A DNA stretch of 17,554 bases from Corallococcus sp. AB032C (GTDB taxonomy: Bacteria > Myxococcota > Myxococcia > Myxococcales > Myxococcaceae): positions 1-17,554 of the forward strand of contig NZ_RAWP01000027.1 in assembly GCF_003668935.1 (NCBI RefSeq). The letters are read 5' to 3'. The number at the start of each line of letters is the position of its first letter. Within the stretch, counting starts at the first letter, position 1. The notes under the pieces are model-generated. The model searched no databases and was not told where the DNA came from. It worked only from the letters and a program-made list of their open reading frames with translations. The position numbers were made by a program, and so were the translations under genes. Shown here piece after piece: positions 1-7,541 of the stretch.

Positions 1-525
1 CTCCGGGGTGGCGGGGGCAGGGACGACCAGGCTCTCGCGGGGCACCTCCACCACGATGGGGGCCTGGCCGGAGCGCTGCCGGTTCTCGTCCTCCAGGGAG
101 TAGAAGAGCTGGATCTGCGAGCCGCCCTTCATGACGAGCTCGCCCTTCTGGTTCTCCGCCCAGAGGTCGATTTCGACGAAGTACCGGCCGCCGGAGCCGT
201 GGCGGTCGCTCACGCGGCCCTTGCAGACCACGGTGTCGCCCGGCCACACCATCTTGATGAAGCGGACGTTGTAGCGCCGCAGCTGGCCGCCGCGGGCCCA
301 GTCGCTGATGAGCTGGCCCAACATGCCCATGACGAGCATGCCGGGGGCGTAGACGGACGGCATGCCCACGCTCTTGGCGTAGAGCTCGTCCACGTGCACG
401 GGGTTGTAGTCGCCGGAGGCGCCCGCGTAGCGCGACAGCTGGACGCGGTCCACCGGGGCCTTGGCCAGCGCCGGCAGCTCGTCACCGACGCGGATGGATT
501 CGAAGTAGAGCTTGCGCGCGGGCAT
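1..525 (-). CDS. MaoC-like (R)-specific enoyl-CoA hydratase/dehydratase, catalytic hotdog subunit (PF01575-type). Partial: the 3' end runs off the window at position 1.
   Basis: Translating the minus strand from ATG 525..523 gives MPARKLYFESIRVGDELPALAKAPVDRVQLSRYAGASGDYNPVHVDELYAKSVGMPSVYAPGMLVMGMLGQLISDWARGG...VVCKGRVSD.... The D-x-N-P-x-H-x-D hydratase motif and hotdog-fold signature are present, and the frame stays open to the window edge. The start ATG overlaps the upstream stop as ATGA (translational coupling). This ORF is absent from the supplied track because no stop lies inside the window. Confidence 0.8.
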   Translation of the reverse strand, partial: MPARKLYFESIRVGDELPALAKAPVDRVQLSRYAGASGDYNPVHVDELYAKSVGMPSVYAPGMLVMGMLGQLISDWARGGQLRRYNVRFIKMVWPGDTVVCKGRVSDRHGSGGRYFVEIDLWAENQKGELVMKGGSQIQLFYSLEDENRQRSGQAPIVVEVPRESLVVPAPATPE

Positions 526-974
526 CAGACGTTCTCCTTGGCGGCACGCACCACGAGGGTCCGGCGGGCGCGGAAGACGAGGTTGCCCTCTTCGTCCCGG
601 CCTTCGTCCTCGATGACCGCGATGTCCATCTTGCCGGACATGCCCGGCCGCTCGAAGACGTCCGACACGCGGGTGGACACGTAGATGCGGTCCCCCGCGA
701 AGATGGGCCGCTCGTAGTCGAAGCCCTGTTCGGCGTGCAGCAGGCTCTTGATGCCCACCCCCAACAGCTCCCGGAGGTCCGCGGCGGAATGGAACGACGC
801 GGGGAACGTGGGCGGCGCGACGATGGTGGGGTAGCCCGAGGCCCGGGCGTACTCCTCATCGTAGTAGATGGGATTGTAGTCGCCGATTGCCTCGGCGAAG
901 CGCCGGATGGCGCCCTTCTCCACCTCGTTGAGCGTCGGCGGCGAGGCGCGGCCAATCGCGTTCTTGTCCAGCAT
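525..974 (-). CDS. MaoC N-terminal-type (FAS1-like) hotdog dehydratase subunit, partner of the downstream MaoC catalytic subunit (HadA/HadB-like two-subunit hydratase)
   Basis: The 149-aa ORF contains ...AIRRFAEAIGDYNPIYYDEEYARASGYPTIVAPPTFPASF..., typical of the non-catalytic N-terminal hotdog half of MaoC-type (R)-hydratases. A GGAGAGGG Shine-Dalgarno sits 6-7 nt before ATG 974. The TGA stop overlaps the next gene's start by 4 nt. Confidence 0.8.
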   Translation of the reverse strand: MLDKNAIGRASPPTLNEVEKGAIRRFAEAIGDYNPIYYDEEYARASGYPTIVAPPTFPASFHSAADLRELLGVGIKSLLHAEQGFDYERPIFAGDRIYVSTRVSDVFERPGMSGKMDIAVIEDEGRDEEGNLVFRARRTLVVRAAKENV

Positions 975-994
975 TTCCCTCTCCTGATGAACCT

Positions 995-1996
995 TCAGCG
1001 ACCTGACGGAAGCTCGAGCACCGTCAGGAGCCCGGCCTCCGCGGCCGTCAAACGTGGCGCGGCATTCACCAGCGCGTTCGCGGTGGCCCGGTCGCCCGCC
1101 ACTCCCCCCGGTATCTCAAGCACCAGCCTGGGATCCGCGTCGATCTCGATGCGATCCCGTGGGTTCTCCGCCCCTACCGCGATGGTCAGCTCGAGGCGGA
1201 CCCGCTCCTGCCCCTCCTCCAAACCCACCACGGACTGGAACATGCCCGCGACGCGGCCTTTCTTCACGACAAATGCGCCGCCGGTGATGTCCTCCTCGGC
1301 GAACACGGGCGCGACCTCCTCCTCGAAGTCGTCGCAGTCCAGCCCCAGCCCCACCGCCGCCAGCGCCGCGGACTCCACCAGCCCCACGTGGCCCAGTTCC
1401 TCGCGGTCCACCAGGTCGAAGAACTCCTCCTCCGTCAGGCCCGCGCCCACCTTGCGCTGCAGGGCCTCACGGCGCGTGCGCGCGTCCACCACGCGGCTGG
1501 CCAGCACCTTGCGCACGGGGCCGCACACCTGACCGGCGCTGGCCACCAGGCGGTCCAGGACGAAGCCCGGGTTCACGCCCGTGCCCACGATGGCGACGCC
1601 CGCCTTCTCCGCGGCGCGCTCCAGCTTCTCCGCCAGCTCCGGGTACTTGAGGTGCGGGAACGCCAGCTCCTCGCAGGTGCTGGCCACCGGCAGGCCCAGC
1701 TTCAGCGCGTCCAGCAGCTGATCCATCACCTGGGAGAGCCGAGAGCTGGTGGCGTGCAGCACCACCACGCCCTTGCGGCGCCCCACGGCGCGCTCCAGCG
1801 AGTCCGCCACCTTGAAGCGCGGGCCGGCCAGCCCCAGCACGTCGCCCAGGGGACGACCCACCAGGGAGGGCTGCGGGTCCACCGCGCCCATCAACTCCAC
1901 TTCGGGGGACGACAGGGCTGCCCTGGCAATCTCCTGCCCGATAAACCCCAGCCCCATCACCACCACCGGCACCGGCCCATCAGGGGCTCTAGCCAT
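995..1996 (-). CDS. DapB-like NAD(P)-binding oxidoreductase (dihydrodipicolinate-reductase / 2,4-diaminopentanoate-dehydrogenase-like family)
   Basis: The N-terminus has a Rossmann GxGxxG motif (VVVMGLGFIGQEI) followed by ...AIVGTGVNPGFVLDRLV..., a DapB-family pattern. A GGGAG Shine-Dalgarno lies about 10 nt before ATG 1996. The gene sits 20 bp upstream of the MaoC pair on the same strand, so it is probably in the same operon. Confidence 0.65.
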   Translation of the reverse strand: MARAPDGPVPVVVMGLGFIGQEIARAALSSPEVELMGAVDPQPSLVGRPLGDVLGLAGPRFKVADSLERAVGRRKGVVVLHATSSRLSQVMDQLLDALKLGLPVASTCEELAFPHLKYPELAEKLERAAEKAGVAIVGTGVNPGFVLDRLVASAGQVCGPVRKVLASRVVDARTRREALQRKVGAGLTEEEFFDLVDREELGHVGLVESAALAAVGLGLDCDDFEEEVAPVFAEEDITGGAFVVKKGRVAGMFQSVVGLEEGQERVRLELTIAVGAENPRDRIEIDADPRLVLEIPGGVAGDRATANALVNAAPRLTAAEAGLLTVLELPSGR

Positions 1997-2242
1997 CGGA
2001 GATTGCTCCCGAATTCCAAGGGGTTACAGCCATTTACGTTGGGTAGGCAGCCACCATAGAACACGGCTCGACGGGCAGGCAAGCAGGACGTGGAATCCAG
2101 CGACCACCTGTTTCAGGGAAACCTCAAGAATTCCGGCAGTTTGGCGGCACTGGAAAGCTTGGGGGGGCCTGTCTGGCCGCCTGTGGACCGGCTATAAGAG
2201 TCTGAGAAAAACGCAGCCCACTCGCTCGGAGCGTATCAGCCC

Positions 2243-3364
2243 ATGGCCCGAATCCTCGTGGTGGACGACGACGTGCTCATCCTCGCGGCGCTGTCCCGGA
2301 TCCTCCAGGCGGAGGGTTACGAGGTCGTGACACACAGCGATCCGGTGGTGGCGGCGCGGGAGCAGGGGTTCGACGTCGTCATCACGGACTTCATGATGCC
2401 GTACCTCAACGGCATCGAGCTGTTGTCGGCGCTCCGGGAGAAGAACCCTCGCGCGGTGCGGCTGATGTTGACGGCGGCGGCGGACTTCAAGACGGCGTCG
2501 GAGGCGGTGAACCGGGGCGAGGTCTTCCGGCTCCTGGGCAAGCCGTGGGCGCTGAGCGACCTGACCAGCAGCGTGCGGCAGGCCTTCGAGCACCACCGGC
2601 TGGTGGCCGCCAACGAGCGGCTGACTCGCGAGGTCGCGGAGAAGAACGCGGAGCTCCTGGCCATCAACGAAGGCCTGGAGCGCCGGGTCATCGAGCGCAC
2701 CACGGGACTGCTGGACGGGCTCATCAGCGCGCTGGACTACCGGGACACGGAGACGCAGTGGCACTCACGGCGCGTGTCGCTGTACGCGCGGCGGCTGGCG
2801 CAGGAGATCGGCCTCACCGGACCGGCGCTGGACGTGGTGGAGCAGGGCGCGCTCCTGCACGACATCGGGAAGATTGGCGTGCGTGACTCCATCCTGCTCA
2901 AGCCCGGGCCGCTCACGCCGGAGGAATGGGTGGAGATGAAGCTGCACCCGGAGTTCGGCTACCGGATGCTGGCGAAGATGCCGTACCTGCACGAGGCGGC
3001 GCTCATCGTCCTGCAGCACCAGGAGCGCTGGGACGGCAAGGGCTACCCGCTGGGGCTCCAGGGCGAGGAGATCGTCATCGGGGCGCGCATCTTCTGCCTC
3101 GTGGACACGCTGGACGCCATCACCTCCGACCGGCCCTATCGCAAGGGGCGCCCCATGAGCGTGGCGCGCGACGAGGTCCGCCGCTGCGCGGGCACGCAGT
3201 TCGACCCGATGCTCGCGGAGGCGTTCCTCGGCCTGCCGGAGACGGAGTGGGCCCGCATCCGCCGTGAGGTGGAGACGATGGAGGAGGCGGAGAGCCACCG
3301 CTGGACGGGCGCGAACCTCAACGCCCAGGGCGAGCCGGTGCCCGCGCGCGCCGCCGGGGCCTGA
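2243..3364 (+). CDS. Response regulator: CheY-like receiver domain fused to an HD-GYP c-di-GMP phosphodiesterase domain (RpfG-like)
   Basis: Receiver motifs are present: ILVVDDD, VVITDFMMP (the phospho-acceptor Asp), and LLGKPW. The HD-GYP domain shows HDIGKIGV and DGKGYPLGL. A GGAG lies 11 nt before ATG 2243. Confidence 0.9.
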   Translation: MARILVVDDDVLILAALSRILQAEGYEVVTHSDPVVAAREQGFDVVITDFMMPYLNGIELLSALREKNPRAVRLMLTAAADFKTASEAVNRGEVFRLLGKPWALSDLTSSVRQAFEHHRLVAANERLTREVAEKNAELLAINEGLERRVIERTTGLLDGLISALDYRDTETQWHSRRVSLYARRLAQEIGLTGPALDVVEQGALLHDIGKIGVRDSILLKPGPLTPEEWVEMKLHPEFGYRMLAKMPYLHEAALIVLQHQERWDGKGYPLGLQGEEIVIGARIFCLVDTLDAITSDRPYRKGRPMSVARDEVRRCAGTQFDPMLAEAFLGLPETEWARIRREVETMEEAESHRWTGANLNAQGEPVPARAAGA

Positions 3365-3381
3365 CGCGCGAGGGGCCTGCT

Positions 3382-5478
3382 TCAGGGGGCGCGGGTACCG
3401 ACGAGGACATCTTCGATGATCGTGCCCTCCAGCAGCGCGTCCACCACGTCCATGCCTTGAATCACTTCACCAAAGGCCGTGTAGCGGCCGTCCAGGTGCG
3501 GCTGCGGTGAGTGGGTGAAGAAGAACTGGCTGCCGCCAGTGTCCTTGCCCGACAGCGCCATCCCCACGGTGCCTCGCGCATACGGCTGGCGCGTCATCTC
3601 GCAGCGGATGGAGTAGCCAGGCCCACCCTCCCCGTCTCCGCGCGGATCTCCGCCCTGCGCGACGAAGTCCGGCACCACGCGGTGGAAGGTGATGCCCCGG
3701 AAGTAGCCCTGCTTCGCGAGCGCCATCAGGTTGCCGCCCGTGAGCGGCGCATCCGGATCCAACAGGACGGTGATGTCGCCCTTGCGCGTGCGCAGCGTGA
3801 GCGTCGTGCCGGAGGGCGCTGCCGGCGGACGGTACGTCTCCGGAGGCAGCTCCACGCGGGAAGAGCGGACCGGCGCTCCCGTGAGCGTGGTGAGGGACTC
3901 GGCCGCGATCCGGCGCACGTTGGCGTGTGGATGGGTCAGCCATTCGCGCATGCGGGGTTCCGCCGCGAGGCCCTTCAACGCGACGAGCGCGCCAGCCACC
4001 GCCTCCGCCAGGTCCGGCTCCTTGGGGACGCGGTCGGCCAGGGCCTCCAGCGCGGGCAGGGCTTCGGCGTCCTTCAGCTTGCCGGCGGCGGACGCGGCCA
4101 GTCCCGCCACCACCGCGTCCCCTCCTCCGATGAGCGCGCGAATGGGCGCCAGCGCTTCGGGCACGGGGCGCTCGGAGAGGACGTCCAGCGCGGCGCCGCG
4201 CACGATGGGGCTCACGTGGTCCAGGTAGGGCACCGCGAACGCAGCGCCGGTGGGCTGCCCCTTGAACTGCGCCACCTCGTGCAGTCCCAGCGCGAGCCAT
4301 CGGGCTTCGGGGACGCGGCCGTAGCCGCACTGGAGGACCTGCTCCAGAGTGCCCAGTTGTCGGTCCATCGCCGCCGCGAACCGGCAGTCCAGCCAGGCGA
4401 GGTCCGTGTGGGCTTCGTCGGACACGGCGGTGCGGTCTGCTTCCGCCAGCGCACTCCTCATTCGCGACAACACCGGCCGGCCCTGGAGCGGAAGTCCCTG
4501 CTGCGCCACCGCCAGCAACACGTGGCCTTTCGCCGCCTTCCCCTCCGCCACCTGCTTCGCCAGGTGCGACTGGCCTTCCAGTGCGCTCAGCGGGGCACAG
4601 GGTGAGCCGGCCTCGCACTTCGCGGCGAGCTTCGCCAGCGCACGCGCCACCTCCGCCGACGTGCGGGACGTGGCTTCGCCCAACATCAGGTTCAGCGCCA
4701 GCGCGTCCCGCGGGCTGCCCAGGTCGCCCAGGCTCTTCACGCACGGGGCCATCACATCCGGTATCGAATTGGCAACGCAGGAGCGGAGCGCATCCACGCC
4801 GTCCAGCCGCTTCGACGCAGCCAGAAGGTACGCCCCGGCGACGTTCACTTCGCTCCGCAAGCGGGGATCCAGCAGCGCGCGGATCGTCTCCAGGGGGACG
4901 TTCGCCACGGCCGCGGGTCCGGCCTTGCGCGCGGCCACGCCCAACGCCGTCGCCGCGGCCTCGGCCCAGGGGCCATTGGCCGGAGACAGTCGGGCCGTCA
5001 GCACCTCCACGGCGCCAGGCGTGGCCAGCTTGCCCAGGGACTCCAGCAGCGTGTCGTGCACCCGGGCGTAGGCTTCCGAGGCCTCGGCGCGCACCAGCGC
5101 TTCCGTGAGCGCCGCCCGTGCGGCCTCCGGAAGCGGCTCCCACGACTGCGCCAGCTCACCCGCCGCGAAGGCGGCCTCGTCGCGCACGGCAGTGCGCCGC
5201 GCCGTCAGCCCGGCGAGGACGGCCTCCAGCGTCTCCACGTCCTGGATCCGCGCCAGGGCCCGGAGGGCGCGCACGCGCACGGCCCAATCCGGCGCGGAGG
5301 TGGCGAACCGCACCAGGTCCCCGCCTCCCAGGGAGCGGCGGTCCTCCCAGTCCTGGATCCGCTCGATGGCCTTCGAGGGCTCGACCGGGGGCGGAGGCAC
5401 GTCGGGCGTCGGCACCGAGCGGACACAGGCGCTCGCGAGGAGGAATCCGGCGGACACGGCGGCGGGCAGGCGGGCCAT
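3382..5478 (-). CDS. Secreted protein (possible lipoprotein) with an N-terminal HEAT/PBS-lyase-like alpha-helical repeat region fused to a C-terminal cyclophilin-type peptidyl-prolyl cis-trans isomerase
   Basis: The C-terminal ~165 aa match the cyclophilin core (FHRVVPDFVAQGGDP, GTVGMA, SGGSQFFFT, LDGRYTAFGEVIQGMDVVD). The N-terminus MARLPAAVSAGFLLASAC is a signal peptide with an AXA/Cys site. In between, ~480 aa of Ala/Leu-rich repeats (ARAL.ALA..., PALEALAD...) look HEAT-like. I chose ATG 5478 as the start. The 1065-aa track ORF that extends to 6579 is read-through antisense to the neighbouring low-complexity gene. Confidence 0.75.
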   Translation of the reverse strand: MARLPAAVSAGFLLASACVRSVPTPDVPPPPVEPSKAIERIQDWEDRRSLGGGDLVRFATSAPDWAVRVRALRALARIQDVETLEAVLAGLTARRTAVRDEAAFAAGELAQSWEPLPEAARAALTEALVRAEASEAYARVHDTLLESLGKLATPGAVEVLTARLSPANGPWAEAAATALGVAARKAGPAAVANVPLETIRALLDPRLRSEVNVAGAYLLAASKRLDGVDALRSCVANSIPDVMAPCVKSLGDLGSPRDALALNLMLGEATSRTSAEVARALAKLAAKCEAGSPCAPLSALEGQSHLAKQVAEGKAAKGHVLLAVAQQGLPLQGRPVLSRMRSALAEADRTAVSDEAHTDLAWLDCRFAAAMDRQLGTLEQVLQCGYGRVPEARWLALGLHEVAQFKGQPTGAAFAVPYLDHVSPIVRGAALDVLSERPVPEALAPIRALIGGGDAVVAGLAASAAGKLKDAEALPALEALADRVPKEPDLAEAVAGALVALKGLAAEPRMREWLTHPHANVRRIAAESLTTLTGAPVRSSRVELPPETYRPPAAPSGTTLTLRTRKGDITVLLDPDAPLTGGNLMALAKQGYFRGITFHRVVPDFVAQGGDPRGDGEGGPGYSIRCEMTRQPYARGTVGMALSGKDTGGSQFFFTHSPQPHLDGRYTAFGEVIQGMDVVDALLEGTIIEDVLVGTRAP

Positions 5479-5537
5479 GCTCGAACGGGCTAGGTCAATT
5501 CCCCGCGAAAATCCAGGGGTTATGGCGCTGAACGGGT

Positions 5538-5604
5538 TTGACAGCCGCGCGCTGGGGCCGGGAAGATATCGGGCCGTTTCCCCCCTCCCGGAGCACCGGC
5601 CCTG
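5538..5604 (+). promoter_or_regulatory. Possible sigma70-type -35 element (a perfect TTGACA at 5538-5543), a GGAG Shine-Dalgarno (5590-5593) and a candidate CTG start (5602) for the zinc-ribbon membrane gene
   Basis: A perfect TTGACA is rare in this GC-rich context. Any -10 element 17-19 bp downstream (GGAAGA / AAGATA) is weak. The GGAG-to-CTG spacing of 8 nt is ideal for translation initiation. Confidence 0.25.
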
Positions 5605-6549
5605 AACTGCCCAGGCTGTAATCGCAAGGTCGCGGAAGACACCGCCATCTGCCCCCACTGCGACCACATCATCGACGAGTCCTTCCTCGGGGGAGCCGGG
5701 GATGAGGGGGACTCTGGCGGCGATGACGAGAGCACCGGCGTCCGGCCGCCGCCGCGCTCGCGGCCCCCTCCGGCCCGCGCCGCTCCGGAGCCTCGCGCGC
5801 GCCCCGCTCCGGCCCGCGCCAGGACGGGCGCCCGCCCCGCCGCGCCGCCGCCGAGCGAAGACGCCACCAACGTGCGGAGCATGGACGACATCGCCCGGGA
5901 GAAGGCCCAACGTGCCGCTCCTCCCGCCCGGGGCGGTGGCGCCGCCAAGGCCGCGCCCGCCCGTGCGCCGGCCCGCCGCGCCTCGGCACCCGCTCCTGTC
6001 GATGAGGATGAGGACGACGCGGGCGACGCGGTGGCGGACCCCTGGTCCCGAGAGGCCCGTGAGCTGGAATCTTCTCGCTCGCCCATTGATGATCCGGAGG
6101 TCCTGCTGGACGACGCGCGCTCGTTCCTGGGCGAGCTGCAAGGCGGCGACCGCATCGCGTTCTGGGGCGCGACGCTGGTGGTGCTCTCCTGCTTCATTCC
6201 GTGGAAGGAGACGGCGGAGGGCGGCGACTTCCTGGGCCTCATCAGCCTGGGGTTCATCTCCTTCATCTTCGCCGTCGCGACCATGGTCTTCGTGGGCCTG
6301 CGGGCGCGTGAGGTGATGACCTGGGTGAACCCCATGCTGCCGTGGGGCGCGCAGATGGTCTGCAGCGTGGTGACCCTCGTCTGGTCGCTGGTGTTCCTGA
6401 AGCTCTCCTCGGACACCACCCTCGTGCCCTCGCCCATGGGCAACGCGGAGATGATGAACTCGTCGCCGAGCATCGGCTGTTTCCTGGGCATCCTCGGCGG
6501 CGTCATCGCGGTGCTGGGCACACTGATGGGCCTGAAGCGCCAGGAGTAG
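5602..6549 (+). CDS. Zinc-ribbon domain membrane protein: N-terminal C-x2-C-x10-C-x2-C ribbon, an acidic plus Pro/Ala/Arg-rich low-complexity linker, and a C-terminal 4-TM domain. The start codon is uncertain.
   Basis: The frame is open from the stop at 5539-5541 through to 6549. It encodes (L)NCPGCNRKVAEDTAICPHCDHII..., a long PARA/PAP-rich linker, and four hydrophobic helices (IAFWGATLVVLSCFIPW, FLGLISLGFISFIFAVATMVFVGL, MVCSVVTLVWSLVFL, IGCFLGILGGVIAVLGTLMGL). There is no in-frame ATG, GTG or TTG before GTG 5872. A CTG at 5602 lies 8 nt after a GGAG at 5590-5593. The 3' end at 6549 is firm; the 5' end is either 5602 (non-canonical start) or 5872/5881 (dropping the zinc ribbon). Confidence 0.55.
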   Translation: MNCPGCNRKVAEDTAICPHCDHIIDESFLGGAGDEGDSGGDDESTGVRPPPRSRPPPARAAPEPRARPAPARARTGARPAAPPPSEDATNVRSMDDIAREKAQRAAPPARGGGAAKAAPARAPARRASAPAPVDEDEDDAGDAVADPWSREARELESSRSPIDDPEVLLDDARSFLGELQGGDRIAFWGATLVVLSCFIPWKETAEGGDFLGLISLGFISFIFAVATMVFVGLRAREVMTWVNPMLPWGAQMVCSVVTLVWSLVFLKLSSDTTLVPSPMGNAEMMNSSPSIGCFLGILGGVIAVLGTLMGLKRQE

Positions 6550-6581
6550 GCCCGAGGATTTCGCTGCCGCGCCGGACATGA

Positions 6582-6602
6582 GGCGGGCTACCGTCGCCCG
6601 CC
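6582..6602 (+). promoter_or_regulatory. GC hairpin (GGCGGGC / loop TACCGTC / GCCCGCC) abutting the MoxR start codon
   Basis: A 7-bp perfect stem at 6582-6588 and 6596-6602, followed by ACC then ATG 6606. No obvious Shine-Dalgarno lies between it and the start, and there is no T-tract, so it is not a canonical intrinsic terminator. Confidence 0.25.
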
Positions 6603-6605
6603 ACC

Positions 6606-7541
6606 ATGTCCGACGCCACGCCCCTCTCCCGCCTCCTCGACGCGCTGGGCTCGGCCGTCGTGGGCCAGCCCCGCGTGCTGGCCGACCTGGTGACGGCCTT
6701 CCTCGCGCGCGGCCACGTGCTGCTGGAGGGCGTGCCCGGGGTCGCCAAGACGCTCACCGCGCGCAGCATGGCGGGGGCGCTGGGCCTGTCCTTCTCCCGC
6801 GTGCAGTTCACCCCGGACCTGATGCCCGCGGACATCCTGGGCACCAACGTCTTCCAGCCGCAGGAGCAGACCTTCCGCCTGATGAAGGGCCCCGTCTTCA
6901 CGGAGGTCCTGGTCGCGGATGAAATCAACCGCACGCCGCCCAAGACGCAGGCGGCGCTCCTGGAGGCCATGGAGGAGCGGCAGGTCACCATCGACGGCGT
7001 CACGCACGCGCTGCCGCCGCACTTCTTCGTCGTCGCCACGCAGAACCCGCTGGAGCTGGAGGGCACCTATCCCCTCCCCGAGGCGCAGCTGGATCGCTTC
7101 CTCATGCGCGTGCGCGTGGGCTACCCGGATGGCGACGCTGAGACCTCGCTCCTGCGCGCCTTCCACCAGCGCGAGGGCCGACCACCCGCCGTGTCCCGCG
7201 TGCTGGACGCCGCCACGCTGACGGAGCTGCAGGACCGCGCCGCGCGCGTCGCGTGTGACGACTCCATCCTCCAGTACGTGGTGCAGCTCGTGCGCGACAC
7301 CCGTGCACACCCCCGCGTGCGGCTGGGCGCGAGCCCTCGCGCGGCGCAGGCCCTGCTCGCGGCGTCCAAGGCGCACGCGGCGCTCCGGGGCACCGACTTC
7401 GTCACCCCGGACGACGTGAAGTCCGTCACGCCCAGCGTCCTCAACCACCGCCTCCTGCTCAAGGCCGAGGCGGAGGTGGAGGGCGTCACCGCGGACGACG
7501 TGCTGAGGCAGATGCTCGAACGGGTGCGAGTGCCCCGGTGA
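6606..7541 (+). CDS. MoxR-family AAA+ ATPase
   Basis: Walker A is present as LLEGVPGVAKT and Walker B as VLVADEINRTPPKTQAALLEAMEERQVTIDG. The sequence then continues ...FFVVATQNPLELEGTYPLPEAQLDRF..., which is canonical for MoxR/RavA-like proteins. Confidence 0.9.
   Translation: MSDATPLSRLLDALGSAVVGQPRVLADLVTAFLARGHVLLEGVPGVAKTLTARSMAGALGLSFSRVQFTPDLMPADILGTNVFQPQEQTFRLMKGPVFTEVLVADEINRTPPKTQAALLEAMEERQVTIDGVTHALPPHFFVVATQNPLELEGTYPLPEAQLDRFLMRVRVGYPDGDAETSLLRAFHQREGRPPAVSRVLDAATLTELQDRAARVACDDSILQYVVQLVRDTRAHPRVRLGASPRAAQALLAASKAHAALRGTDFVTPDDVKSVTPSVLNHRLLLKAEAEVEGVTADDVLRQMLERVRVPR

Noticed and set aside
199-955. Plus ORF 199..684 and minus ORFs 210..485 and 482..955 over the MaoC genes
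   Set aside because: Alternate frames. The MaoC hotdog motifs are in the minus frames called as features.
3355-3381. Possible bidirectional terminator between the convergent HD-GYP and cyclophilin genes (GGGGCCTG appears twice)
   Set aside because: It is a direct repeat, not an inverted one. No stable stem-loop or T-tract could be found in the 17-bp gap.
3467-5143. 558-aa minus-strand ORF and several plus-strand ORFs (3511..4605, 4349..5071, 4581..5108) inside the HEAT-cyclophilin gene
   Set aside because: These are alternate-frame or antisense ORFs with Arg/Gly/Pro-dominated translations and no recognisable motifs. The overlapping frame encodes a coherent cyclophilin plus HEAT protein.
5479-6579. 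The N-terminal 366 aa of the 1065-aa minus-strand ORF (3382..6579)
   Set aside because: The protein has a clear signal-peptide start at ATG 5478 (MARLPAAVSAGFLLASAC). The upstream extension is antisense to the low-complexity Pro/Ala-rich region and the 4-TM region of the plus-strand gene. Its translation is Arg/Gly/Ala junk, typical of GC-rich read-through.
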